This document shows, one piece after another, positions 41,622 to 51,239 of a DNA stretch of 64,000 nt. The stretch lies in assembly GCA_963801165.1 (NCBI GenBank), contig CAWDDT010000009.1, positions 1 to 64,000 of the forward strand, given 5' to 3'. Under the pieces are notes generated by a model. It saw nothing but the letters and a program-made list of their open reading frames with translations. It had not been told where the DNA came from and did not search any database. This stretch comes from an uncultured bacterium (GTDB lineage: Bacteria > Actinomycetota > Acidimicrobiia > Spongiisociales > UBA5794). Made by a program: the position numbers and the translations under genes. Position 1 is the first letter of the stretch. Each line of letters starts with the position of its first letter.

Positions 41622-41657
41622 GCGTCGCAAACCGGAATATGTTCCGGTTTGCGACGC
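41622..41657. repeat. REP-like palindrome (CGTC-tagged)
   Basis: GCGTCGCAAACCGGAA-TATG-TTCCGGTTTGCGACGC, perfect 16-bp arms. Confidence 0.88.
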
Positions 41658-41679
41658 TAAAAGCCAGGTTTTCGCACAG

Positions 41680-43056
41680 CTAGCCGCAACCTCCGCCGCC
41701 GCTGCCGGTAGCTACGACCGTCGCTGCTTCGCTGGGCAGTTGCTCGGTTCCCGGGATGGATAGATAGGCGGGAACGACGAGCGTGGTGCCGGTCATCCAC
41801 GATCTGACCTGGTCCTGGTAGGCGGCCATGCTCGGCACTGCGGACGATGTTGTGGCCCCAGCAGCGCCGGCGACGACCCAATCCGGCCATATCGCATCAG
41901 CACCAAGGACGCTGGCTTGCCAGGCAGCGTCGCCTCCATCGAGCAGTAGCGCATTGACTCCCTGCAGTCGCAGATCGGTGACGAGACTCCGCGCAGTTGC
42001 GGATTGGTCCGTGTCGACAATCACCAGCGGCTTGTTCTTGTCTGCGGTCGTGATGAGGAGGTCGTCGAGAACAGCGAGGGCTGCCTCGTACTGATCGTTG
42101 CCTGGGGGCACCACCACCGTGCCCTGCATCGGGACGGCAGCCCGGTCCTGTTGATCCCGCAGATCGAGGACAAGGGAGTTGGGAGGGGTCTCCTCGGCGA
42201 TGCGGTTCGCGTCGGACACGATCCATCCCGCCAGGCTGAGCGCATCGATGCTCGGGACCTGTGCCCCGTCGACGGCCACCGCCGCAGGAACCTCAGATCC
42301 CACAGCGAGGATATCGGGCTCCTCGGCGCCGACCGAGAACACGGCGAGCACAACGGCCAGCGCTGCTGCCAGCCCGATAACCGCCTTCGTGGAGCGGCCC
42401 GCGTGAGGCCGAACCACGGGGGGCCTGGGTTCGCCAGCGAGTTGTTCCGGGGTCTTCAAGGCGAAACGCTGCTCGATAATGTACAGGTACCGGAAGGAGA
42501 GAATCACCCCACCGGTGATCACGATGGCGGCGAGCCAGGCAAGCGGATGCCCGTTCAGGCTCTGAACCGCAGCGCCGGCCGGTTCGTAGAAGCTCTGGAA
42601 CCACGATGCCTGCCCTGCGCCATCGAAGAACAGGGCGAACCCGTAAATGCCGAGCACGATCCCGAGCAGGAACACCCAGGCATCGAGCCGCCCGCGGACT
42701 GCCGATACCACCGCGGTGCCGGGGCAGAATCCCCCGAAGTAGAAGCCGACGCCGAACAGGAGACCGCCGAGGAACATCGGCCAGAAGTAGGTCGTGCCAA
42801 TCTCGAGCAGGCCGAGGTCCATCCACCCGAACGCGCTCAGCAACTGGGCACCGATCATTGCGGTGACGAGGGCGGTGAACATGACCCGGTAGACACCCCA
42901 GTCCCTCAGTATGAAGACCGAAGTGAGCTTCTTGGCCGAGCCGAAGCCGGCGCGTTCCAGGAAGAAGCCGAACGCGATACCCACCACCGCGGCCATCACC
43001 AGGTAGGTGGTCGGAGAGCCGCCGTCGAGAGGGAGTATTGGAAAGATCGTGCTCAT
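41680..43056 (-). CDS. YeeE/YedE sulfur transporter fused to rhodanese-like domain, C-terminal GGGGCG
   Basis: FGFFLERAGFGS, GGFCPGT; later LVLDLRD rhodanese-like segment; ends SGGGGCG. Confidence 0.85.
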   Translation of the reverse strand: MSTIFPILPLDGGSPTTYLVMAAVVGIAFGFFLERAGFGSAKKLTSVFILRDWGVYRVMFTALVTAMIGAQLLSAFGWMDLGLLEIGTTYFWPMFLGGLLFGVGFYFGGFCPGTAVVSAVRGRLDAWVFLLGIVLGIYGFALFFDGAGQASWFQSFYEPAGAAVQSLNGHPLAWLAAIVITGGVILSFRYLYIIEQRFALKTPEQLAGEPRPPVVRPHAGRSTKAVIGLAAALAVVLAVFSVGAEEPDILAVGSEVPAAVAVDGAQVPSIDALSLAGWIVSDANRIAEETPPNSLVLDLRDQQDRAAVPMQGTVVVPPGNDQYEAALAVLDDLLITTADKNKPLVIVDTDQSATARSLVTDLRLQGVNALLLDGGDAAWQASVLGADAIWPDWVVAGAAGATTSSAVPSMAAYQDQVRSWMTGTTLVVPAYLSIPGTEQLPSEAATVVATGSGGGGCG

Positions 43057-44312
43057 CGCCACACCTTCTTGAATGCAAACGCAGTCCCAAAGCCGCCGAT
43101 GAACACCGCAGCGAGGAACAACCAGGAGCCGGCTGACAACAGGGCCGCTTCCGAGAGATGATGCGAGGTGCAGCCGCGAGCGAACCGGGTGGCGATGCCA
43201 ACCACGATCCCGCCGGAGAGAGCGAACAGGAGCCGGCTTCGTCGCGAGATGAGGCTCCCGCGGTCGATTCCGAACTTGATCCGACCCGCGATGAGCGCCG
43301 ACACGAATCCGCCGACCGCAATTCCGAGAACGGTCCACGTCAGCCAGTATTCGCTCAGCTTGGTTCCCAGGACGGAACCCCAATATGCATTGGACGCAAC
43401 CTGATCGGGGGCCACCCCGGCGACGGCGAATGCCCCGAGTCGCGAGAACAATCCCGATGCTCCCGGGCCGTGTCCCATCAATGCGAACCCGGCGAGCACG
43501 CTCAGGCCCAGGCCGATCCCGGCAATATAAGGGGACCCGAGCGGTTTCGGCTTTGCGTGGTGCACTCGCAGTACCAGGCGCTTGACCGATCCGAGCACTT
43601 TGCGAGGCAAGGCGAATCTATCTGTCGGGCGCAGGGGCTCACCCTCGTCGCCGTGCTCGCGATACCACTCGGCATGGTGGTGTTCGACGTACTCGGCGTC
43701 AACATTGCCGGTGACCATGCTCACCAGTGCCGGGCGCTCCTCTTTCATGAGCGCGGCCATAGCGAAGTGGACGAAGAAGAAGGCGATGACGACACCGACG
43801 GTGATCAGATGGATGAGCACGAGCGACCTGCCCAGCGAACCACCTCCGGTTCCGAACCACATGAGGAGACCCGTTGTCCCGATGATGCTCGACCCGATTA
43901 GCACGACGGCGCCGAAGGCCTTCTGACCGGCGTTGTATGCGCCCTGGTCCGGCATCGGCAGCGATGGATCAAAGATCTCGGCCTTTGGCTTGACCTTGAA
44001 CCAGATGAGATCGTTGCGGGTGGGGACCAGATCCCGCAGGAAGCGCAGCGAGAGACCATGGGGATCGAGCAAGAAGGACGCAACCAGCACCCCGAACCAC
44101 AGCATCCCCACATACACGTGGACATGGAGCAGACGGGTGGCACCTCCGAAGAGGCTATTCACGGCATTGACATAGAAGCGGGGCCCGATCTGGTATCCCG
44201 AGTTGCTGATGATGGCGATTCCGGTCAGCCACAGGAACAGGAAGCTCGCTGCGTTGTACCAGTGAACGATGCGCTGCTGCAGCGGATGCTTGACGAGAGC
44301 TCTCTCACTCAT
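43053..44312 (-). CDS. FdnI/PhsC-like cytochrome b fused to YeeE/YedE domain
   Basis: QRIVHW, LHVH, GAYNAGQK, LIH..VHF, EHHHAEW, then SPYIAGIGLG, GPGASG, ARGCTS. Confidence 0.85.
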   Translation of the reverse strand: MSERALVKHPLQQRIVHWYNAASFLFLWLTGIAIISNSGYQIGPRFYVNAVNSLFGGATRLLHVHVYVGMLWFGVLVASFLLDPHGLSLRFLRDLVPTRNDLIWFKVKPKAEIFDPSLPMPDQGAYNAGQKAFGAVVLIGSSIIGTTGLLMWFGTGGGSLGRSLVLIHLITVGVVIAFFFVHFAMAALMKEERPALVSMVTGNVDAEYVEHHHAEWYREHGDEGEPLRPTDRFALPRKVLGSVKRLVLRVHHAKPKPLGSPYIAGIGLGLSVLAGFALMGHGPGASGLFSRLGAFAVAGVAPDQVASNAYWGSVLGTKLSEYWLTWTVLGIAVGGFVSALIAGRIKFGIDRGSLISRRSRLLFALSGGIVVGIATRFARGCTSHHLSEAALLSAGSWLFLAAVFIGGFGTAFAFKKVWR

Positions 44313-45108
44313 TGTCGGTTGCCTCCGCTTTCTCTGCGAGCATCTGCTCCTCCATCTCCTGCAAAGCGATTTTCTCTGCGCGGTCACGCAGCATCCGCAT
44401 TCCGATCATTGCCCCCATCGCCATGGCACTGGCCACACCCAGCCCGCCGACGGCTTTGCCGAAGCCGTTGCGCCAGAGCATGCTTGTTTCGCTGCCACCA
44501 CCCTGCGGCGGCAGCTTCTCCTGCAGCAACGCCAGATCCTCGGGCAGCCCGCTGAACCGCAGCCTTGGCCGCGGGTTCACGGCATTGGTGGTGAGGGCGA
44601 TGAGCTCGTGCCCGTCGTCGATGGCATTGACGTCGCCAACGCTCACGGTTCTCTCCTTGCCGTCGATCTCTACGACTTCGTAGAACGAGCGGGCGCCGGC
44701 GGGGCATACCTCGAAGCAAGCGGGCGCCTGGCCGTTCTCCACTCGTCCTTCGCACAGGGTGCACTTCTCTAGCTTCTTGGTGTCCTGCGCGACGTATCGA
44801 GCCTCGTAGGGACAGGCGGGCACGCATAGGCCACAGCCGATGCAGAGGTCCTTGTCGACGAGTACCCGTCCGTCTGCAGCCTTGAACGAGGCACCTGTGG
44901 GGCAGGCGTCGACACATGGCGCATCGGCACAGTGGTGGCAGAGATACGGGGCGAACGTCGTGTTGCCGACGACATCGCCATCGTCTTCGAGGAACTTCAC
45001 CCAGTTGCGGGCGCTGGACGGGTCGAGATCGTTGGCAGTGATACATGCCACCTCGCAGGCCCGACAGCCGATGCAGCGCGATATGTCGATACGGAATTGA
45101 AAAGACAT
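44305..45108 (-). CDS. 4x[4Fe-4S] subunit (PsrB/PhsB-like) with C-terminal TM
   Basis: CIGCRACEVAC, CHHCADAPCVDACP, CIGCGLCVPACP, KCTLC..PAC..CP. Confidence 0.92.
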   Translation of the reverse strand: MSFQFRIDISRCIGCRACEVACITANDLDPSSARNWVKFLEDDGDVVGNTTFAPYLCHHCADAPCVDACPTGASFKAADGRVLVDKDLCIGCGLCVPACPYEARYVAQDTKKLEKCTLCEGRVENGQAPACFEVCPAGARSFYEVVEIDGKERTVSVGDVNAIDDGHELIALTTNAVNPRPRLRFSGLPEDLALLQEKLPPQGGGSETSMLWRNGFGKAVGGLGVASAMAMGAMIGMRMLRDRAEKIALQEMEEQMLAEKAEATDNE

Positions 45109-45118
45109 CGTTGTTCCC

Positions 45119-47446
45119 CTACGCCGAATTGGGCCGGACTAGACGTACGAAGTTCACGCGCATCCCGGTGCCGCCCGAGAGGGGATCGACTGCGTACTGT
45201 GTCATCAGGGCCGAGTCATCAACGCCACGTTTGTAGGCACGGGTGAGCTGCCGGCTGTTGTGGCCAAAACCGTGGGTGATGTAGACGGCGTCGTCGCTCA
45301 TCCGGTCGGTCACTTTCACCTTGATAGGGCCCTGGCGGACGCCGTCCTGGTTGAGCATCTCGACCAGTTCTCCGTCTGCGATTCCGTAGGCGGCTGCCGT
45401 TGCCGGCGATGCCCAGACCGCGTTCTCAGGGTCGCGCCCGTGGAGGATCGGCGTGTTCTGGGTACGTCCGAAGCTATGGACGGGCGACCGACCGTAGAGC
45501 AAGCGAACGTGCCCGGGTGGAGCTCCTCGTGGCGGGTAGTAGGTAGGCATCGGCTCGTAGCCCGTGGGGTCCTCGCCGGATTCGATCTTGCTCAGCCAGA
45601 CCTCCTCGAGGTCCGGCGAGTAGAGCTGGACGCGACCATCGCCGGCTTCACCCCTGAATGTGGGGAATTCGAAAGGGGCCCCGGCCCGGCCGCTGCCGTC
45701 GGTCCCGAGCCCGTATCCCTGCCGATAAATGGGAAGATTCTCGTCGGTGACCACGTAACCGGTGGCAACGAGGGTGTCCCAATCGACCTTGCCGCCTTCG
45801 GGATCTGAGTTGTACTTGGCAATTGTCGCTTCGGAGAGATCCTCGACCGATTCCCACAACCAGTAGCGTTCCAATCCGAGCTCGGCCCCGATGTCGCGGG
45901 CAATTTGTGCCTCGCCGCGGCTCTCCCCGATAGGTTCCACCGCTTGCTGCATCACGGCCACGAAGGGGTCGCGGCTGCCGCCGCTGCATAGATTGTCGGA
46001 CCGTTCCAGATAAGAAGCCGCCGGCAGGAGCACATCGGCGTACTGGGTTATCTCCGTGGGGAGCACATCGACCACCGCCAGGAATTCGAGTTTCTTCAGT
46101 GCGTCGATGGTCTCTTGCTGTGCGGGCAATGACGTAATGAGGTTCGTCCCGACAACAACCCAGGCCTTGATGGCGCCATCGCGTGTTGCCTGGCGGATAC
46201 CGTTGACGTTGACGCCGACGGCGAACGGATAGCCGGGGTCGCGACGGTCTGCCAGTTCCGGATACTTCGGGAGTTCGGGATAGACCTCTTCGAGGCTGGG
46301 GAGGTGGGCCTGGTTCGGCAGGTAGTAGCCGCCGCGCGATCCCCAGGCGCCGGTGATGGCGACGAGAATCGCCATGGCACGGGCTCGCTGCGTGTCGTCG
46401 CCGTACCAGACTACGTGTCTGCCGGGGTGGAGTGCCATGTGCGGCCCGGCCATCCCGATCATCTGCGCCGATGCCTCTATCTGCTCGGCCGTGAGACCGG
46501 TCTCGGCCGCGGCCCACTCGGGAGTGCTCGTCGCCACGTGTTCGCTGAGGACGTCGAATCCGGCGGTGTAGTCACGAACGAAGTCGCGGTCGTAGAGCCC
46601 GTCGCGGATCAGGATGTGTGTCCACGCCAGGAGCAGCGCCAGGTCGGTTCCAGGCTTGATCTGCAGCCAGATATCTGCGCGCAGGGCTGCGGTGGATCGT
46701 CTGGGGTCCACGACGATGAGATTGGCCCCGCGTGTCGTCGCTTCTACGAATTCCTGCACCTGGAGGTTGTGCATGTTCTCCCCGAGGTGGGAGCCGATCA
46801 GCACGAGGCAATCGGTGTTCGCAATGTCGAGCGGCTCGGGAGACTTCAAGGGATGCCCGAATGTCAGTTGATATCCGACTTCCCGCGGCGCCTTGCATTG
46901 GTCGTACGCGGGATGGGCGTGGTGGGCGGTGCCGATCGCTGCGGCCAGATGCTCGAAATGGGTCTCGGCGGCACCGTGGGTGAGAAAGGCAACCGCGCCC
47001 GGGCCGTCGGCCTCGATGATCTCGCGGAGTCGTGTTCCTATGACGGAGTTGGCTTCGTCCCAGGTGGTATTGCGGAACACCGCCTCCCCGCGCTCGCCGG
47101 TGCGGATCTGGGGGTGCTGCAATCGATCCGTGTCTTCGTGAAAGCCGATACCGCCGATACCGCGCGGGCAGAGCCGGCCTTGACTGAGCGGGTGGCCCGG
47201 TACTCCGCTGATGTGGAGGACTTCGCCCTGTTCGCCGATTTCGACGTTGATGCCGCACTTCCAAAAACACACACCGCACACCGACCGAACGGAGCGAACC
47301 GCGATCGGCGGGTCGAAACGGGGGTGGGCGATATCCGTCTGGGTGGCGCCCGCCTCCTGCTCGAAGAGGATGCTCGCGGCCGCGCCTGCCGATCCGGCAA
47401 AACCGAACTGGATGAATTCGCGCCTGGTATGACCGATAGCACTCAT
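45119..47446 (-). CDS. Molybdopterin oxidoreductase, thiosulfate/polysulfide reductase catalytic subunit (PhsA/PsrA-like)
   Basis: TRREFI Tat signal, CGVCFWKC..LCPRG, QCKAPREVG Cys ligand, SHLGENMH, HPGRH. Confidence 0.9.
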   Translation of the reverse strand: MSAIGHTRREFIQFGFAGSAGAAASILFEQEAGATQTDIAHPRFDPPIAVRSVRSVCGVCFWKCGINVEIGEQGEVLHISGVPGHPLSQGRLCPRGIGGIGFHEDTDRLQHPQIRTGERGEAVFRNTTWDEANSVIGTRLREIIEADGPGAVAFLTHGAAETHFEHLAAAIGTAHHAHPAYDQCKAPREVGYQLTFGHPLKSPEPLDIANTDCLVLIGSHLGENMHNLQVQEFVEATTRGANLIVVDPRRSTAALRADIWLQIKPGTDLALLLAWTHILIRDGLYDRDFVRDYTAGFDVLSEHVATSTPEWAAAETGLTAEQIEASAQMIGMAGPHMALHPGRHVVWYGDDTQRARAMAILVAITGAWGSRGGYYLPNQAHLPSLEEVYPELPKYPELADRRDPGYPFAVGVNVNGIRQATRDGAIKAWVVVGTNLITSLPAQQETIDALKKLEFLAVVDVLPTEITQYADVLLPAASYLERSDNLCSGGSRDPFVAVMQQAVEPIGESRGEAQIARDIGAELGLERYWLWESVEDLSEATIAKYNSDPEGGKVDWDTLVATGYVVTDENLPIYRQGYGLGTDGSGRAGAPFEFPTFRGEAGDGRVQLYSPDLEEVWLSKIESGEDPTGYEPMPTYYPPRGAPPGHVRLLYGRSPVHSFGRTQNTPILHGRDPENAVWASPATAAAYGIADGELVEMLNQDGVRQGPIKVKVTDRMSDDAVYITHGFGHNSRQLTRAYKRGVDDSALMTQYAVDPLSGGTGMRVNFVRLVRPNSA

Positions 47447-47462
47447 GTGACTCCTAGGGGAA

Positions 47463-47475
47463 TTGTCAATGACAA
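47463..47475. promoter_or_regulatory. Palindrome upstream of psrA-like gene
   Basis: TTGTCA-A-TGACAA just upstream of the RBS. Confidence 0.4.
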
Positions 47476-47703
47476 CCTATGCACCCTATATATTGTCGGT
47501 TCCGAATATGTTTGGGTGAAGTCCCTGGTAAGGGGCCAATGGGCACAAGAAATGATGCTGAGCGGCACCGGTGCCTGGCAATTCCTGTGACCTAGCCTTC
47601 CGCCCGCGTCACTTATTGTCGAGGCTGATAGGAGACGCGGTGTCCCGGCGGTGGTTCAGACCCGGGTCTCACCGCAGCAGTCGAGCCGACTCGTTTTGGT
47701 TTG

Positions 47704-48030
47704 CTACCTGGCGCCTACCAGGAAGTAGGTCGGCATCAGGCCCTTGCCTTTGACCTCGACGTCGCCGCGGAGTTCGAATTCGTACCGATGCGACAGCAGG
47801 TCGCGCACCGCCTCCGTGCACTGGATGTGGTCCCCAACACCCTGCGACTCCATTCTGCTGGCGGTGTTGACGGTGTCCCCCCACAGGTCGTAGATGAACT
47901 TCTGCCGACCGATCACACCCGCGACGACGTCGCCGGAGTGCAGCCCGATCCGCACAGAAAGCGGGACATCGAGGCGACTTCCGAGTGCCGAAAGGGCGGG
48001 CATCATGTCGAGGGCAGCGCTGGCGAGGGC
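47704..48030 (-). pseudogene. Class III adenylate/guanylate cyclase, C-terminal half only
   Basis: VRIGLHSGDVVAGVIG.KFIYDLWGDTVNTASRMES, VKGKG; first catalytic Asp region absent. Confidence 0.85.
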
Positions 48031-48247
48031 GCTCTCCCGGCTTGGCGCCGACGACCGTGTCGACGACGTAACCGTGATCGGCGACCGCAGATACGACATC
48101 GAAGCCGGACGTGCCCACAATACGCGGACGATCGGCGTCACCTGGGGGTTCGGAAGTCGCGACGAGCTCGAGCAAGCCGGCGCCGACCGGGTTGTGGATC
48201 ATCCGGGAGAGATAGCCGACATCGTTGCCCCGCTTGCCAACGGGTGA
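48020..48247 (+). pseudogene. HAD-family phosphatase, C-terminal part only
   Basis: VIGDRRYDIEAG..IGVTWGFGSRDELEQAGAD; motif I absent. Confidence 0.8.
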
Positions 48248-48629
48248 AGATCAGCTTCTCGATGCGGAGCGAAGGTTGAGCGACCTGCCCGCCGACGCCT
48301 TCGAGCAGCGAATCGAGCTTCGAGACCAGATACACGAGCTGAGGGCCACGGCAGCCGCGGCCAGCCTCGAAACGAATGCCTCGTCCGGGCTGCTCCGCTA
48401 CCTGGAGCAACTGGAGGCGCGACGGGTGGCAATCAAGAGCGAGCGGCTCGATCCTTCCCAGCAGGACGGTGGTTTGGGTGGCATGGGGATCCCCGCCAAA
48501 CAGACCGACGAGCTGAACCGCCGTATCGAGGAAGCACAGGACCTGCCGGAACTGGAGCGGGAGATCGCCCGGATCCGGGAAGGGCTGGCGAGGGTCCCAC
48601 TCCGTGAAGGGAAGCCGACGAGTGACTGA
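48225..48629 (+). CDS. Hypothetical coiled-coil protein (start uncertain)
   Basis: Helical ORF LSDLPADAFEQRIELRDQIHEL.. Confidence 0.55.
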   Translation: MPRLPTGEDQLLDAERRLSDLPADAFEQRIELRDQIHELRATAAAASLETNASSGLLRYLEQLEARRVAIKSERLDPSQQDGGLGGMGIPAKQTDELNRRIEEAQDLPELEREIARIREGLARVPLREGKPTSD

Positions 48630-48654
48630 GGCGGCTCGGTGCGGGCGGGTCGCC

Positions 48655-49044
48655 TCACTCTTCGACCATGTGGAGGACCTCCCAATCCTCGGTGATCCTC
48701 CCGTCCACAATACGACTGATGGTCACGCCGTGCACCGCGATCGGCCGCCCAGCCTGCGCCCCGGTCCAGAGTGGCTTGGTCGGCGTGCCCCGGCTCACCC
48801 AGCGGGTGACGACCCGGTTTCCCTCCGCGATCTGCTCCTCGACCGTGGAGACGCGGTCCGGCATCGAGTTGATGAGATTCCGGGCGATCTCCTTTGCTGC
48901 GTCCCGACCTCGCGCCTCAGAGCCACCGGGGCCGCGATAGACGTAGTCGTCGGCATACAGCCGATCGATTGCGCTTATGTCTCTGCCGTTCATGACGTAG
49001 TCGAACCAACCACGTGCGACCGTCTTCAGGTCTTGCTTCTCCAT
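48655..49044 (-). CDS. SnoaL-like ester cyclase
   Basis: EQIAEGNRVVTRW, GVTISRIVDGRITEDW. Confidence 0.88.
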   Translation of the reverse strand: MEKQDLKTVARGWFDYVMNGRDISAIDRLYADDYVYRGPGGSEARGRDAAKEIARNLINSMPDRVSTVEEQIAEGNRVVTRWVSRGTPTKPLWTGAQAGRPIAVHGVTISRIVDGRITEDWEVLHMVEE

Positions 49045-49091
49045 ACTGCGAGCATACCCACCCCGCCCAGAGGCCGCCCCCCGCCACTCTG

Positions 49092-49127
49092 GCGTCGGAA
49101 ACCGGAATATGTTCCGGTCTGCGACGC
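49092..49127. repeat. Second copy of REP-like palindrome
   Basis: 34/36 identical to 41622-41657; similar 5' flank. Confidence 0.88.
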
Positions 49128-49149
49128 AAGAAGCAGAGGGGGAGTCCGC

Positions 49150-49680
49150 TCAGGCCTCCGCCACGGCCCAGTAGACGACGTCGATACCGTTCTCGCTGCC
49201 GACGACGGTGGCGGACATCTCGACATTCTCTCCGCCTACCTGCAGATCCGTGGTCGGTAATTGGTCCGACCAGGTGCCGGTGTGGGCTGCGGCGGCCTGT
49301 GTGGCGCAGGATTGGCCGGGTTCGGCACCACCGTTGGTGACGATCCAGTCGGCGAGCCGCCCGCAGACCGTCTCTGTGGATGCAACGCCGTGCTGGGTGA
49401 AGTAGCGGACGACCACCGTCTTGTTGTCACCAAGCCAGCCCGCTGGGTGCGTGTCGTCGGGTCGGTACACGAACACGGGCACGACGCTCGTACCGCCTGT
49501 GGTCAGGATCTCGCCGCCGTGCCAGCCCATTTCGGGTTCGGCGATACCGGAGTCGGCGGCGCCGGACGGAGCTGTCACGCTGAGAAGGGCGTGATGGGCA
49601 GCGTCGAGGCCGTCTCCACATCCGGTCGTCAGCATGCCAAACGCAGCAAGGAGGAGAACCCATCGTCCCCGGGTGGTCAT
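49150..49680 (-). CDS. Lipoprotein
   Basis: MTTRGRWVLLLAAFGMLTTGC lipobox. Confidence 0.65.
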   Translation of the reverse strand: MTTRGRWVLLLAAFGMLTTGCGDGLDAAHHALLSVTAPSGAADSGIAEPEMGWHGGEILTTGGTSVVPVFVYRPDDTHPAGWLGDNKTVVVRYFTQHGVASTETVCGRLADWIVTNGGAEPGQSCATQAAAAHTGTWSDQLPTTDLQVGGENVEMSATVVGSENGIDVVYWAVAEA

Positions 49681-49729
49681 CACCGGCGAACTATATACGC
49701 GCCGGTGTGGCCGGGTTTCATCGACAAGG

Positions 49730-50380
49730 TCAGCCAGGCAGCGACGCGGCGACCGCGACGACCTCGGACGGTTCCGCACGTACCCGGTGGTTGAGATCGA
49801 TGAAGTCGAATCGGATCGTTCCGGCCCGGTCGATGACATACGTCGCCGGCACGGGCAGGGTCCACCGCTCGCTCCCGTTCAGCTCCCGGAGATCACGTCC
49901 GCCGGCCAGGTAGAGGTCGCGCTGTTCGGGAATGACTTCGTACACGAGACCGAATTGCTCCCCCACGCGGTTGTCCCGGTCGGACAGCACCGGGAACGTA
50001 AGCTCCAATTTGTCGATGAGCTCTACCGAGATGTCGGGCCGGTTCGGCGAGATCGCCACGAGCCGTGCCCCTGCGTTGACCACGTTGTCGAGCTCACGCT
50101 GCAGCGCCCGCAGCTCCAGGTTGCAGAACGGGCACCAGGATCCGCGGTAGAACGAGAGGATCACCGGGCCGGCGGCGAGCAGGTCCTGCAGGCGCACCGG
50201 CCTTCCATAGGCGTCGGGGAGCTCGAACATGGGAGCCGTGTCTCCCGTTCGCAACGCCTTGTCGAGTATCGGCGTTTCGGCTATCGCGGCGGATTGCTTG
50301 GCGTAGATCGCGGCGCGGTTCGGGTCGAAGGACTTCTTGCCCGCAGCCGCAAATTCGGCGAGTTCATCGCGTAATGACAT
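49730..50380 (-). CDS. Peroxiredoxin-like AhpC/TSA family protein
   Basis: FYRGSWCPFC, LPVPATYVID. Confidence 0.93.
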   Translation of the reverse strand: MSLRDELAEFAAAGKKSFDPNRAAIYAKQSAAIAETPILDKALRTGDTAPMFELPDAYGRPVRLQDLLAAGPVILSFYRGSWCPFCNLELRALQRELDNVVNAGARLVAISPNRPDISVELIDKLELTFPVLSDRDNRVGEQFGLVYEVIPEQRDLYLAGGRDLRELNGSERWTLPVPATYVIDRAGTIRFDFIDLNHRVRAEPSEVVAVAASLPG

Positions 50381-50527
50381 CGTTTCTCCAATGGTGTGCT
50401 CCCGATGCACAACGTGCCAGCGGCGTCCGCCTATTTCTGAACAAATCAGTCGACCAGCGCTTCCGCCGGTGCCACCGTGACGAGCTGGTCAGGTACGCCG
50501 TCGGAGTCGAGCGACCCCGAACCTCCG

Positions 50528-50620
50528 TCAGAGGACCGTTGCCGCCTGGGTAAGCGCGACGATGAATACGGTGACGATGAGAAGCGTTGCGACTGCAGTT
50601 GCGACGACTCGTGTGCTCAT
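50528..50620 (-). CDS. 30-aa single-TM small protein
   Basis: AGGAGG RBS; MSTRVVATAVATLLIVTVFIVALTQAATVL. Confidence 0.45.
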   Translation of the reverse strand: MSTRVVATAVATLLIVTVFIVALTQAATVL

Positions 50621-50801
50621 GGCTTGCCTCCTAGCCCTATGTCTATAAGACGTCGGGAAGAGTCCGGCGGTTCCCAAAGCACCCCACACCGCGACGGCTC
50701 GCAGCACACACGGCCATCCGGGCATGCGACAAGAGACCGTGATCTCGGCCAGGTGCGACATGTAGCGCGTAGGGTTGATCGGAGTCGACCGGAGGGATCT
50801 A

Positions 50802-51239
50802 TTGGCGGATCGAAGCCGCCCCTATGCGGGCTTCAACTATCTCGTGAGCATCGATGACGTCGAGGTCGCAGGGTTCTCGGAGGTATCGGGCCTCGATTTC
50901 GAGATCGAGGCGATCGAATACCGCGACGGAGCTGATGTGGAACCGCGCGTTCGCAAGGTGCCGGGTCTGCGGAAATACGGGAACATCACTCTGAAGCGGG
51001 GCATCACGGGCCAGAACGCATTCTGGGCATGGGTGCTCGAGGCACTGGAGGGGCCTGTTTCGAGGCGAAACGGCACCATCAGCCTGCTCGATGAGGCACG
51101 ACAGGCAGTCGTGATGTGGCACTTCACCGATGGGTGGCCCTGTAAGTACCGGGGCCCCGACCTCAACGCGGCGGCGAGTGAGATCGCGATCGAGTCGGTC
51201 GAGATCTGCCACGAGGGTCTGCGGCTGACGTACGGATGA
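50802..51239 (+). CDS. T4 gp19-like/eCIS tail tube protein (orphan)
   Basis: PYAGFNYLV, FSEVSGL, EYRDG, KVPG..ITLKRG, WP.KY.GPDLNA..AIESVEICHEG. Confidence 0.92.
   Translation: MADRSRPYAGFNYLVSIDDVEVAGFSEVSGLDFEIEAIEYRDGADVEPRVRKVPGLRKYGNITLKRGITGQNAFWAWVLEALEGPVSRRNGTISLLDEARQAVVMWHFTDGWPCKYRGPDLNAAASEIAIESVEICHEGLRLTYG

Noticed and set aside
47447-47700. Moco riboswitch upstream of the Mo enzyme
   Set aside because: I cannot recognise the conserved Moco RNA features. Only generic hairpins are present.
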